Shown: positions 45,870 to 55,994 of the stretch, one piece after another
How positions within the stretch are numbered: position 1 is the first letter of the stretch
Layout of the letters: every line of letters begins with the position of its first letter
Assembly: GCA_035941355.1 (NCBI GenBank)
Contig: DASZDZ010000008.1
Span: 16,388-80,387, forward strand
Source of the DNA: Pseudaminobacter sp.
GTDB lineage: Bacteria; Pseudomonadota; Alphaproteobacteria; Rhizobiales; Rhizobiaceae
Length of the DNA: 64,000 bases
Reading direction: 5' to 3'
Made by a program: the position numbers and the translations under genes
The notes under the pieces: generated by a model
The model's database searches: none
Seen by the model: the letters and a program-made list of their open reading frames with translations, nothing else
Told to the model about the DNA's origin: nothing

Positions 45870-45887
45870 GTTCAAGGTTTCTTGAAC
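45870..45887. promoter_or_regulatory. palindrome upstream of the MFS gene
   Basis: GTTCAAG-GTTT-CTTGAAC lies 14 nt upstream of ATG 45856 and is followed by a direct TTGAAC repeat. Confidence 0.3.
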
Positions 45888-46154
45888 TATTGAACTTGTC
45901 GCGATGTCATGTCAACATGCCGCCATAAGCCTCCTGCCACGTTTGTCTCATGTGTGGGCGGCCCCTTTCGCGCAATCCGTCAGCAAGCCCCAATCCGCGA
46001 GTATCTGTTCTTCGGCCTCGATAACACAGAGGTGATTTGCCAGACCTCCCATTCCGGGTTGATCCAGCGGCAGAGCGAGAGGCTATGCCATCGGCGCCGG
46101 CAGACATCTCGGTCGGCCCCTTGATCCGAACCATGCTTGGAATAGGACACCTTA

Positions 46155-46550
46155 GTGAGAACCTACTTTGTGCGCGTGGCAGCCGACAAACAGGTGGTTG
46201 GCGTGTTCGTCGCGCCGTCCCTCGTCATGCTAGCGGTTCTGGTAGACGAGTGTTGCGATCCGAATACCTGCGAGTACGCACCAGCCGGGATGGGAGGCAT
46301 AATGGTCAAGGAGCCGACCACGGCAACATGGCCGCTGTCCGATCCAGCCAACGACGAACAGGGCAGGACACAGTTTGCGACAGGCCTGGAAGGCGGTGCT
46401 CTGACCCAGCAGTGGGAAGATGATCTACGGTTTGCACCGAACGGGCTAGTATGGAAGCCACTGGCCTCCGCCTTGCCAAGCACAGAGTCCGTGGCGCGAG
46501 ATAATGTCGAGGAATCCGAAGGTCGTCCAGACTCCGGCCAAATAACGTGA
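46155..46550 (+). CDS. hypothetical protein
   Basis: 131-aa GTG-initiated ORF (MRTYFVRVAADKQVVGVFVAPSLVMLAVLVDECCDPNTCEYA...). The region is visibly less GC-rich. No family recognised. Confidence 0.4.
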   Translation: MRTYFVRVAADKQVVGVFVAPSLVMLAVLVDECCDPNTCEYAPAGMGGIMVKEPTTATWPLSDPANDEQGRTQFATGLEGGALTQQWEDDLRFAPNGLVWKPLASALPSTESVARDNVEESEGRPDSGQIT

Positions 46551-46764
46551 CAACCAAATCAGCCGACAACTCCATCGTGGCCCGCAAAGGCGTCAACAGA
46601 CGGAGACCAGTCACTTCGAGGCCGCAAGCCAACTGGCCAACGACTTAACGTGAAGCCAGCGAGCAGCGAGACGACTGGGGCTGGAGGTACCGAGTGGCGG
46701 TGCATCAGTTCGCCTGATTAGCCAAGCCGATGGGAACGGAGCCGTTTCGGGAATGATTCGATGC

Positions 46765-47058
46765 TCATCCACCGAACCGGCGCACGTCGATACATTTGCT
46801 GACGGGGCACTCGTCTGTATCGGCTACCGTTATTGTCTCTCTCGCCGTCGTGGAGCTTGCTTGGCAAAACGCTCCATCCTTCACGAACCGGTCGTAAAGC
46901 ACGACGCCCGATTCTCCTTGCCGATAAAGGATGGCAATGCCGTCGCGATCGAGAGCCTCCTGTACCTCGGCGCAGGTCATGCCCTGCACCATGTAGCGGA
47001 CGATCGCCGAGGCATCGGAAGAGACGATCGACAAAATTGCGGCCATTGCGAGCCTCAT
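46765..47058 (-). CDS. small secreted hypothetical protein
   Basis: Internal ATG 47058 gives MRLAMAAILSIVSSDASA (signal-like) followed by a Cys-containing domain. The longer 248-aa ORF upstream is Arg/Ala-rich and looks non-coding. Confidence 0.35.
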   Translation of the reverse strand: MRLAMAAILSIVSSDASAIVRYMVQGMTCAEVQEALDRDGIAILYRQGESGVVLYDRFVKDGAFCQASSTTARETITVADTDECPVSKCIDVRRFGG

Positions 47059-47367
47059 CGTAGCTGTGGTCCTTCGCATCCGGCGCACTGCATGAAAGCA
47101 CTGGCAAATCGGTTCGGCAAGGGCATTGCGATGAACGCCCGCGAAAGTCTTGCCGCGACCTGATCGCCGCCTGTCCACCCATGGTGGACGACTGCACCAC
47201 AACCTGCTCTGGGCGTGGACTCTCCGCTCGCTGACTGATTTGGCTGCTTCTGGCGTAGCATCGTGTCCTGGGATTGAGTATTCGTGGTTGCGTCTTCGCC
47301 GGCCTCGCCGAGCCCAACACTCCTTCCGGTACGCCGGATCAGTTTCCGCAAAACAGGTTTTCGCACG

Positions 47368-48069
47368 ATGACCGCTACCGCCGCCAAAAAATCCACTGCA
47401 CCCCAATGCCCGATCTGCGGCGGCACGGTTTTCGTCCCCGGCCCGAAGGGCCGCATGGCGCCGAACGGCAACCTGCCGCGCTGCGCCGGCTGCCAATCGC
47501 TCGAACGCCACCGGATTTTCCGGATCATGTTCGAAAAACTCGGACCCGAAAACTTCGCTGGCTGGAAGGCGATCCAGTTCAGCCCCGATCCCACGGTCGA
47601 TCCGTCATGGTTCGCAAGCCACGAGTTGTCGGTCTATGGCGAACCCGGCGGCATCGACATCCAGGCGATCGACCGGCCCGACGCCGCCTACGACCTCGCC
47701 ATCTGCTCGCATGTGCTCGAGCATGTCGGCGACGATCGCGCAGCGCTCCACGAGCTGCTGCGCATCGCTAGGCCGGAGGGCCTGCTGTATCTCGCATTCC
47801 CCGATCCGTTTCGCGAGGAGGTGACGCGCGATTGGGGTTTTCCAAAGCCGGAGAAACACGGACATTGGCGTGTTTACGGCGCCGATGTCGTGGAGCGCTT
47901 CCGCGTCTACATCCCGTCGCAGCCAGTGCTTGCCTATCGCGGGTGGGACCCGGTCACCGGAGAATGGGACGGCGCGTTCCTGCTGCCAAGATCAGCTGCG
48001 CGGCATCGCTGGATCGTCGACCGGCTCGGCGGCGCGGTGACGCTATTCGCCGGTCCGCCGCTCGGCTGA
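47368..48069 (+). CDS. class I SAM-dependent methyltransferase-like protein with N-terminal zinc-ribbon
   Basis: CPICGG...14...CAGCQSLERHR, then ..YDLAICSHVLEHVGDDRAALHELLRIARPEGLLYLAFP.. (post-motif-I MTase region). Internal ATG 47368. Confidence 0.65.
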   Translation: MTATAAKKSTAPQCPICGGTVFVPGPKGRMAPNGNLPRCAGCQSLERHRIFRIMFEKLGPENFAGWKAIQFSPDPTVDPSWFASHELSVYGEPGGIDIQAIDRPDAAYDLAICSHVLEHVGDDRAALHELLRIARPEGLLYLAFPDPFREEVTRDWGFPKPEKHGHWRVYGADVVERFRVYIPSQPVLAYRGWDPVTGEWDGAFLLPRSAARHRWIVDRLGGAVTLFAGPPLG

Positions 48070-48406
48070 TCGCGCCAGGCGCATCCCACAGCTGCGCCGC
48101 CGGGCCGCACTTCTTGTTATGCCACGGTCAAGCAAATCTACTTGGGGTTGTGAAGCGAAATAGTTGTGCCTACTCGAAACTTTTCTCGCTATTCGGTTGC
48201 GGGAAGATGACGGGAATCTTGCATTGCCTGCAATGCTTCGATTTTCAGCAAGGCTCGCGCCTGCACTTCATCCATTTGCAAATCCGAAGGAATCACAACC
48301 CGCTGATATCATTCAACTCTTTTTAGGCCGGCTCGGGGGTTGCATCCATCCCAAGAAGCAATATCTACTTGTCGGGCGATCTTATGAATATGAGGGAATT
48401 CCAGTT

Positions 48407-48850
48407 ATGACCGATGACTTCAACAAAACAGATACAATCGAACTGACAGTAGACGTGATTGCAGCTTACGTCTCGAACAACCCGGTTCCGGTGTCCGAGT
48501 TGCCTTCTCTGATCGCTCAAGTTCACCAATCCTTGGCCGGGCTCTCGACGGCCTCGGAGACGACGCCGTTAGAAAAGCTTACGCCCGCCGTTCCCATCAA
48601 GAAATCGGTGACCCCTGAGTACATCGTCTGCCTCGATGACGGGAAGAAGTTCAAATCCCTGAAGCGGCATTTGAAGACGACGTTCGGGATCACACCTGAA
48701 GAATACAGGGCGAAGTGGAATCTGCCTGTCGACTACCCGATGGTCGCACCGGACTACGCGGCCGCGCGTTCAGAACTCGCCAAGAAAATGGGGCTCGGCC
48801 GCAAACCCAAGGCGGCGGAACCGGTAAGGCGGACGCGAAGGGCGGCCTAG
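48407..48850 (+). CDS. MucR/Ros family zinc-finger transcriptional regulator
   Basis: ..[31 protein letters not shown].. and ..[62 protein letters not shown]... ATG 48407 preceded by GAGGGA. Confidence 0.9.
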   Translation: MTDDFNKTDTIELTVDVIAAYVSNNPVPVSELPSLIAQVHQSLAGLSTASETTPLEKLTPAVPIKKSVTPEYIVCLDDGKKFKSLKRHLKTTFGITPEEYRAKWNLPVDYPMVAPDYAAARSELAKKMGLGRKPKAAEPVRRTRRAA

Positions 48851-48885
48851 CCGCAAGAAGAAGAGGCGGGTTGATCGCCCGCCTC

Positions 48886-48989
48886 TAGAGCATCGTGCCG
48901 AAAAGTGGATGCCGGTTTTCGGCAAAAACGATGCGAAAACAAAAAGCTAGAGCGAGATGCCCGATTCCGAAATCGGGCGGCTTGCTCTG
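48886..48989. repeat. about 104-bp two-hairpin intergenic mosaic repeat, copy 2
   Basis: Matches 358-461. Confidence 0.85.
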
Positions 48990-49001
48990 GATAGCCGCTC
49001 C

Positions 49002-49355
49002 CTATCGGCCCGCGATGATGCTCGCGATAATTCCTGTGCCCAGGCTGATTAGTAGGAAGTCATGGTCGACGCGTACCCACTGCTGGCCACGGCCGGGACG
49101 CCCGAGGCCGTAGCGGTAGTGATCGCGGATCGCCTGCCTGCGCTGCCATTCAGGAACACGTTTCCCCCTGGACCAGTGGTACCGCTTGTTCTGATGTTTG
49201 CGCACCTCATGCCCCCTGGGTGCATGGAAATCCCACTTATGCTGTTGCGAATAATGCTTGCCCTGACGCGGGCCATCATGACGCTGCTGAGCCTGGGCGA
49301 CGGGAACCGCGAGCATGGAGATCGCAATCGCGGCAAGAACGGTTCGTTTGAACAT
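49002..49355 (-). CDS. RcnB-like periplasmic protein
   Basis: Signal peptide MFKRTVLAAIAISMLAVPVAQA, a His/Lys/Arg-rich middle, and C-terminal ..RGKRVPEWQRRQAIRDHYRYGLGRPGRGQQWVRVDHDFLLISLGTGIIASIIAGR, typical of the RcnB family. Confidence 0.75.
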   Translation of the reverse strand: MFKRTVLAAIAISMLAVPVAQAQQRHDGPRQGKHYSQQHKWDFHAPRGHEVRKHQNKRYHWSRGKRVPEWQRRQAIRDHYRYGLGRPGRGQQWVRVDHDFLLISLGTGIIASIIAGR

Positions 49356-49358
49356 TGA

Positions 49359-49389
49359 TAGGTTCCTCGTTGTCGATGCGAGGAACCTA
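49359..49389 (-). promoter_or_regulatory. 11-bp perfect stem-loop sequestering the Shine-Dalgarno of the RcnB-like gene
   Basis: TAGGTTCCTCG-N9-CGAGGAACCTA ends 3 nt before the start codon. On the mRNA, the 3' arm contains the GAGGAA ribosome-binding site. Confidence 0.55.
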
Positions 49390-49519
49390 GCGATCGGGCG
49401 ATGAACCAAAACTGAACATGCTGATTACATTTTTGTAATGAAATCAAAGATTAAGCAAGGCCGCTTAAGCGGATTGCGCAGCACTACGCACGAACGCGCC
49501 GAAGCATCCCTGCCTTGAT

Positions 49520-51775
49520 CTACTCCGTTAAGTCCTCGATCCGGATCGGAAAACGGTGCGCCCTTATTCCGGTCGCGTGCCAGATGGCATTCGCGATTGC
49601 GCCTACGGTGCCGGTGATGCCGATTTCGCCGACGCCTTTGATTCCCAGCGCGTTGACGTAGGGGTCGTCCTCGTCGACCAGCAGCGCCTCCATCACGGGA
49701 ATGTCGGCATGGACCGGGACGTGATAGCCGGCCAAATCGGCATTCATCGGCCGGCCCGTGCGGCGGTCGTGGAGCGCCTCTTCGTGCAGTGCGAAGGAGA
49801 GACCCCAGATCATCCCGCCGTAAAGCTGGCTGCGGGCCAGTCTGGGGTTGATGATCCGCCCTGCGGCGAAAGCGCCGACGAGCCGCGTGACCCTGACCTG
49901 GCCGAGATCGGGGTCGACCTTGACCTCGGCAAAAACCGCGCCGTGCGAGAACATCGCCCGCGCCTCCGCGTTGGCCGGATCCCGACCGCCCTTGCCGTTT
50001 CCCTCGAGGGTCTGGAGACCAGCCCGCGCGAGAATATCGGAGTAGCTCTCGCTCCGGGTCTCGTCCGCGCCGTGGTAAAGCCGACCGCCGCGAGCCTCGA
50101 CCCCTGCATTGCCGGCTCCGAACAGCGGAGAGTCCGGGTCGTTGGCGGCAATCTCGGCGAGCTTGCCGATGACGTCGGTACCGGCGCTGTGCAGCGCGCT
50201 GCCGGCCGTCGCGGTATGGCCAGAGCCGCCGGCGATGCCGCCATCGGGAAGCTCCGATGAGCCGGCGCGAAACTCGACCTTATCGATATCAAGGCCCAGC
50301 CCGTCGGCGGCTATCTGGGCAAGCGCGGTCCAGGCGCCCTGGCCCATGTCGGCGGCGGCGGTCTCGACCAGGGCGGTTCCGTCGCTACGTAGCGTCGCGC
50401 GCGCCTCGGCCTGAAACATCGGCGCGGGGAACAGCGCACTGCCCATGCCCCAGCCGACAAGGAGACCGGAATCGTCGCGCATCTGCCGCGGCGCCAGGGG
50501 CCGGCCGGCCCAGCCGAACCGTTCGGCGCCTTGCGCATAGCACTCACGCAGCGCCTTGGCCGAAAATGCCCTGCCCGTCGCGGGATCCGTCTCGGCGTAG
50601 TTGCGCAGGCGCATTTCCAGTGGATCGATGCCGCAAGCCAATGCGGCCTCGTCCATCGCGCATTCAAGCGCCGCCGAGCCGGTGGCTTCGCCCGGCGCCC
50701 GCATCGGGCCCGGCGTTCCGATATCGGCCCGCACCGCGCTGTGCCGGGTCGAGATTGCGGGACTGGCGTAGAGGTTATGGGAAGCATTCGCGGCAGGCTC
50801 TATGAATTCGTCGAAGCTGCTGGTCATCGCCACGGCGCGATGCTCCAGCGCCGTCAGCCGCCCCACGGCATCGAGGCCGAGCCGCAGATGCTGTTGCGTT
50901 GCTCCGCGATGTCCCACGGGTCCGAACATCTGGTCGCGGGGCAAGACCAGCTTGACCGGACGCCCAAGCATCCGCGCCGCCAGAATGCAGAGGATCTGCG
51001 GACCGGCCAGGATCGCCTTAGATCCGAAGCCACCGCCCAGAAACGGGCTGCGCAGCAGCACGTTCTCGGCCGGAATGCCGAAGAACGCTGCAAAACCTGC
51101 CCGCGCCATCAGGATCGCCTGGTTCGGGGTGTCGATGGTCAGCCGGTCGCCGTCCCATTCGGCAACGATGGCGTGCGGCTCCATTGCGTTGTGATACTGG
51201 GCAGGCGTCTCGTATTCCGTCTCGATCAAGTGCGTGGCCGCGCCGAGACCGGCGGCCAGGTCGCCGCGATCGAAATCGGCCGGTGAGCCGATGCCGACAG
51301 TGGGCGGATCGTAGCGCTCGCCGTTTTCGAAGCCGATGCGCGCCGGTTCCACCTCATAGGTCGGGGCCAGAAGGCGCGCGCCCTCGGTCGCGGCTTCCAG
51401 CGTCTCGGCAACGACGACTGCGATCGGCTGCTTGGCATAGCGCACCCGCTCGTTCTGCAGCGCCTCGAAGCGGAAGCCGAACAGGCCGTGCTTGCCGTCC
51501 GGATCCATTGCCAGCGGCGGGCGGTTGGCAGGTGTGATGACCTCGACGACGCCGGGATGGGCTTTGGCTGCCGCGACATCGAGAGAGGTCACCCGTCCGC
51601 GGGCAATCGTGCTGACCGCGACGACGGCATGCAGCATCCCGGCGGGATGGTTGTCGGCGGCATAGGTCGCCGCACCGGTGACCTTGAGCAGACCGTCGCG
51701 GCGGGTCAGAGGCTGGCCGCTACTGGAGCCAAGACGGACGTGTGGCGCCGCCGGAAATGGAATGATGTCAAGCAT
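49520..51775 (-). CDS. xanthine dehydrogenase family protein, molybdopterin-binding subunit
   Basis: 751 aa. ..LLKVTGAATYAADN.., ..GGGFGSK.. and other aldehyde-oxidase/XDH large-subunit motifs. ATG 51775 overlaps the upstream stop by 8 nt. Confidence 0.9.
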   Translation of the reverse strand: MLDIIPFPAAPHVRLGSSSGQPLTRRDGLLKVTGAATYAADNHPAGMLHAVVAVSTIARGRVTSLDVAAAKAHPGVVEVITPANRPPLAMDPDGKHGLFGFRFEALQNERVRYAKQPIAVVVAETLEAATEGARLLAPTYEVEPARIGFENGERYDPPTVGIGSPADFDRGDLAAGLGAATHLIETEYETPAQYHNAMEPHAIVAEWDGDRLTIDTPNQAILMARAGFAAFFGIPAENVLLRSPFLGGGFGSKAILAGPQILCILAARMLGRPVKLVLPRDQMFGPVGHRGATQQHLRLGLDAVGRLTALEHRAVAMTSSFDEFIEPAANASHNLYASPAISTRHSAVRADIGTPGPMRAPGEATGSAALECAMDEAALACGIDPLEMRLRNYAETDPATGRAFSAKALRECYAQGAERFGWAGRPLAPRQMRDDSGLLVGWGMGSALFPAPMFQAEARATLRSDGTALVETAAADMGQGAWTALAQIAADGLGLDIDKVEFRAGSSELPDGGIAGGSGHTATAGSALHSAGTDVIGKLAEIAANDPDSPLFGAGNAGVEARGGRLYHGADETRSESYSDILARAGLQTLEGNGKGGRDPANAEARAMFSHGAVFAEVKVDPDLGQVRVTRLVGAFAAGRIINPRLARSQLYGGMIWGLSFALHEEALHDRRTGRPMNADLAGYHVPVHADIPVMEALLVDEDDPYVNALGIKGVGEIGITGTVGAIANAIWHATGIRAHRFPIRIEDLTE

Positions 51776-52822
51776 GAGAGAGGACTCCGGTGTCAGAGCT
51801 GAAGGCGGAGGCGGGCAATGCCGGCATGCGCCGCGGCGTTCCGGCCGTCGCGAGCAGGAAGGCGCGTTTGACCACCCGCTTTGCAAGTTCGATCTTGAAG
51901 GCGTTGTCGCCCGACGGCATCGCTTCGGCGAGCGCTACATCTGCCGCAAGTGCGAAAGACTCGACCGTCGGCGTTGCGCCCACCAGCAGCGCCTCGGCGG
52001 CGCGAGCGCGCCAGGGTTTGGCGGCAACGCCGCCCAGCGCCAGCCGGGCGGAGCGTATCGTCCCACCCTCGATCCGCAGCGCCGCGGCGGCCGAGACGAG
52101 GGCGAAGGCGAAGGAAGTGCGTTCGCGCAGCTTCAGATAACGGGCATGGGCGCGGAAGTCGGCCGCCTCCGGCGAGAGACGCAGTCCGGTGATCAGTTCG
52201 CCTGCCGCAAGAACGCTTTCGTGCTCGGGCGCTGTACCGGGAAGCAGGTGGAAGTCTTCGAGCGGCACGTCCCGGCGCCCGCTCGGGCCCTCGATCTCGA
52301 CCACCGCGTCAAAAGCGACGAGCGGGACGCAAAAATCGGATGGGTTCGTGGCGATGCAGGCGTCGGACCAGCCGAGGACCGCATGCGTCCGGTTCTCGCC
52401 CGCTAGCGCGTCGCAGCCCGCGCCCGGTTCTCGGCGGTTGCAGGCGCTTGCGGTGTCATAGAAGTAGGCGCAGCGTGTGCGTTGCATCAAATTGCCGCCG
52501 ACCGTGGCGGTATTGCGAAGCTGTGGCGAAGCCCCTGATAGCAGCGCCTCCGCCACCGCCGGATAAGCGGTCGCGAAAGCTGGGTCGCGGGCCAGATCCG
52601 CATTGCGAACCATGGCGCCGATACGCACGCCGCCATCCGCCAGCATCTCGATCCGGTCGAGCCCAGGCAGCCGCGAGACATCGACGAGGCGGCTCGGTCG
52701 CAGCGCCCCGCCCTTCATCAGGTCGAGCAGATTGGTGCCGGCGGCAAGATAGGCAGCGCCGGGTTCGGAGGCTGCCACGACGGCTTCGGCCACCGATGCA
52801 GGCCGGACGTAATCGAACAGGT

Positions 52823-52826
<4 letters not shown>
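51768..52826 (-). CDS. xanthine dehydrogenase family protein, FAD-binding subunit M
   Basis: MNLFDYVRPASVAEAV....AYLAAGTNLLDLMKGG...RLVDVSRL... is a CO-dehydrogenase flavoprotein-like N-terminus. Internal ATG 52826, with an ATGA overlap with the 2Fe-2S gene. Confidence 0.9.
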
Positions 52827-53314
<488 letters not shown>

Positions 53315-53487
53315 GGTTGCTCCGATCGGGATGTCTTCAGATTTGTATCGACGTGGTGGGTCGGCTGTGCGACGCAGGCAGCAGCATTCTTTCGATGCAG
53401 GGCCTGCGTGCCACCAAGATAGAGGGTCGCGTCGGCCATGCAGAAGGACTATACGGAGGATGCCTCCGTTTTGCAAGCGGTAATGGA

Positions 53488-54093
53488 ATGACAGGAGAAA
53501 TGGGACAGCAGCCCGAAAAGCCAAACCGGAAACCGCGCGCAGATTCCCTGCGAAACCGCGACCTGCTGCTTGTCGCGGCGCGGGACATCTTCAACGCGGG
53601 CGGTCCGGATGCGAGCCTCGAGGCCGTGGCCCGCGCCGCTGGGGTCGGCATCGGCACGCTCTACCGGCATTTCCCCACGCGCGAGGCACTGTTTGAGGCT
53701 GTTTACCGCCGCGAGGTTGACCAGCTTGTCGATCTCGCCGGAGCGCTCGCCGCGGAAGAATCACCGCTGGAGGCGCTGCGCCGCTGGCTCCACGCCAGTA
53801 TCGGAATGGTTGCTACAAAGAAGGGCATGATTGCGGCTCTAGCCCCTGCCACCGGCAGTTCGACCGAGCTTTTTGCAGATTCCGCCGCGCGGCTGACCCG
53901 CTCCGTCGACGGCCTGATGGCGGCGGCGGCCGCGGCCGGCCAGATCCGCGACGACATCGCGGCCGAGGACGTGATGCGTGCCGTATTCGGAATGTGCTAC
54001 ACACGCGAGCAGCCCGGCTGGCAGGAAACGGTCATTCGCCTCGTGGACGTCTTCGTGGATGGCCTGCGCTTGCGGCGCAACGAAGCCGGCTGA
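53488..54093 (+). CDS. TetR/AcrR family transcriptional regulator
   Basis: ..RNRDLLLVAARDIFNAGGPDASLEAVARAAGVGIGTLYRHFPTREAL... Divergent from the hydroxylase operon. Start is ATG 53488 or 53500. Confidence 0.85.
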   Translation: MTGEMGQQPEKPNRKPRADSLRNRDLLLVAARDIFNAGGPDASLEAVARAAGVGIGTLYRHFPTREALFEAVYRREVDQLVDLAGALAAEESPLEALRRWLHASIGMVATKKGMIAALAPATGSSTELFADSAARLTRSVDGLMAAAAAAGQIRDDIAAEDVMRAVFGMCYTREQPGWQETVIRLVDVFVDGLRLRRNEAG

Positions 54094-54185
54094 GCGTCCC
54101 TATCCACTCAGATTTTCGCCCGCAATCTCGACGGCTTGGCGCCGCAAAGCCGACCGCCCAGCGTCAAGATGTGCGCCAGCCGATG

Positions 54186-54437
54186 CTATTGTGCAAATTT
54201 CGCGGCGCTCCGGGTGGCCATATCGCTCAAGACTGCGTGAAGAAGCGTTCCAACTTCCTGTTCGGCGAGCCCGGGTGCAATTCCTGATTCGGACAATTGA
54301 AAGAGAATTTGTTTGGCGGTGCTGCGCCAGAAGGCATTCGCATCTTCCCCGTTCTTGGATTCCAGAACCCGGGCGATCCCCTCCACCAATTTCCGCCGCC
54401 GATGCAGCGGAAATGCGCTTATGTTTGAAACACCCAT
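54186..54437 (-). CDS. small conserved-looking protein (DUF6074-like)
   Basis: 83 aa: ..AFPLHRRRKLVEGIARVLESKNGEDANAFWRSTAKQILFQLSESGIAPGLAEQEVGTLLHAVLSDM... The pattern resembles small proteins found in rhizobial mobile islands. The assignment is from memory only. Confidence 0.4.
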   Translation of the reverse strand: MGVSNISAFPLHRRRKLVEGIARVLESKNGEDANAFWRSTAKQILFQLSESGIAPGLAEQEVGTLLHAVLSDMATRSAAKFAQ

Positions 54438-54544
54438 AGTTCACCTCACCCTTTTCAACCCTGCGCATAAGCACTGGCTGGTTGAAAAAATTGGTTAACA
54501 GCGCTTTTTTGACGGGGTCGGCAATGGGATCGAAGCGCCCGCCA

Positions 54545-54775
54545 CTAGCTCTGTCGTTTCGGCGTCGAATCGCTGAGCGCCTCTGCGACGAAGGAAGCGG
54601 CAATCAGGTCATCGGCGTTGAGCCGCAGGGAGCCCGCTTCGCCTCCCATCAAAGAAGCGACCTTTTGGAAAGCTTTCATCTCGTCCTCGGTAACCTGGGC
54701 GCTTCGCATTTTCGATTCGAGGTCTGCGACGCGCACCTCTAGAATTGGGGAAGTTCCATTTTCAGTTTTGGCCAT
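54545..54775 (-). CDS. hypothetical small protein
   Basis: 76-aa ATG ORF in a less GC-rich patch (MAKTENGTSPILEVRVADLESKMRSAQVTEDEMKAFQKVASLMGG...). Confidence 0.35.
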   Translation of the reverse strand: MAKTENGTSPILEVRVADLESKMRSAQVTEDEMKAFQKVASLMGGEAGSLRLNADDLIAASFVAEALSDSTPKRQS

Positions 54776-55053
54776 AGCGCGCTGTCATCCTCCCACCATG
54801 GTTGCGAATTTTCGGATTTAGGCTCTCCAAGCGCGTAATCCGATCGAAGGTTCCGAGGCGACAAGTTCACTAAATGATACGAGGCGCAATGACGTGATAG
54901 CTGCGATGCTCCCCTAGATCCGCATGGCAACGCACGGATCTTGAGCACGGCAGGATTTGTCACGCGCATGAGGTCCGGATGCCCCGAACGTGACAATCAC
55001 ATTCGGGCTCCGGGCAACACTCAAATCTTGCGATCAACGGGTCCGAAGCTGTT

Positions 55054-55488
55054 TTACCCACACGCGAAGAAAGTTGCGTAAGCCCCGACCACGGAAATTC
55101 CTGCATAGCGCATGTTAGGCCTAAGCAAGTTGGTGTTGTGGGCTGTGGAATTCCTCCATCCTGAAAAAAGCTGCTGCGCATTTTGATAACGAAAACCAAC
55201 GTTTTCCGTACATACTCCGCTGGTCCCGGCAGCCTTGGCCTGAGCTGATCTCTGGCGGAAACCATCGTGGCCGAGGGCATTCCGGGCTGCTTGGTGCTGG
55301 CTGTGCTGTCTCGCCAAAGCCTTCAACGCATCGTGAGAGACCAGGGGAGAAAGGCCGCGACTGGTCCTGTAGGAATTGATCAGGGTCAGGGCGTGGGGGC
55401 CGAAATCGACTGTCGGAGCCGCCGGCTGAATCGTACCGGCACAACCCGAAACCAGAGCCGCAACCGCAATTGTCTTTAGAATTTTCAT
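55054..55488 (-). CDS. CAP (SCP/PR-1-like) domain lipoprotein
   Basis: MKILKTIAVAALVSGC lipobox. ..LINSYRTSRGLSPLVSHDALKALARQHSQHQAARNALGHDGF.., ..GWRNSTAHNTNLL... Confidence 0.8.
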   Translation of the reverse strand: MKILKTIAVAALVSGCAGTIQPAAPTVDFGPHALTLINSYRTSRGLSPLVSHDALKALARQHSQHQAARNALGHDGFRQRSAQAKAAGTSGVCTENVGFRYQNAQQLFSGWRNSTAHNTNLLRPNMRYAGISVVGAYATFFACG

Positions 55489-55610
55489 TTCGGATTTCTC
55501 AGCTTCGCGCCTGCCATTCCTGAACGCCCCATTGTGGCGCGTCCATGTCACATTGCCCAGGAACCCTGCGCCGTATTGAATCGAGCCCTGAACGCCTTTA
55601 CTTTCGACCC

Positions 55611-55967
55611 ATGATCTTGCCTCACCCCTCGATCGACCAGATCGACCTTGCCAATGTGCTGGCCGTTCTCGGCGACCAGACGCGCCTGGCCATCGTCGGC
55701 TATCTCGCCCGCAACGAAGGCGTGCCTATGAATTGCAGCCAGTTCCTCGATTTCGGCTCCAGGACCAATCTCAGCTACCATCTGGCCAAGCTCAGGGAAG
55801 CCGGCATCACCCGCACCGAAATATCCGGCACCAGCCGCCTGATTTCGCTGCGCCGCGCCGATCTCGACCAGCGCTTTCCCGGCCTGCTGGATTCGATCTT
55901 CGCCGCTGCGGCGGAGACGCCGGCGGAGCAATTCAGCGAGACGACGGACCTATTGCCCCGGCTTTAG
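55611..55967 (+). CDS. ArsR/SmtB family transcriptional regulator
   Basis: ..LAVLGDQTRLAIVGYLARNEGVPMNCSQFLDFGSRTNLSYHLAKLREAGITRTEISGTSRLISLR... ATG 55611 lies within the ORF that starts at 55545. Confidence 0.8.
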   Translation: MILPHPSIDQIDLANVLAVLGDQTRLAIVGYLARNEGVPMNCSQFLDFGSRTNLSYHLAKLREAGITRTEISGTSRLISLRRADLDQRFPGLLDSIFAAAAETPAEQFSETTDLLPRL

Positions 55968-55994
55968 ATTAGCCGGGCCGGGCCTATTCCGCCT

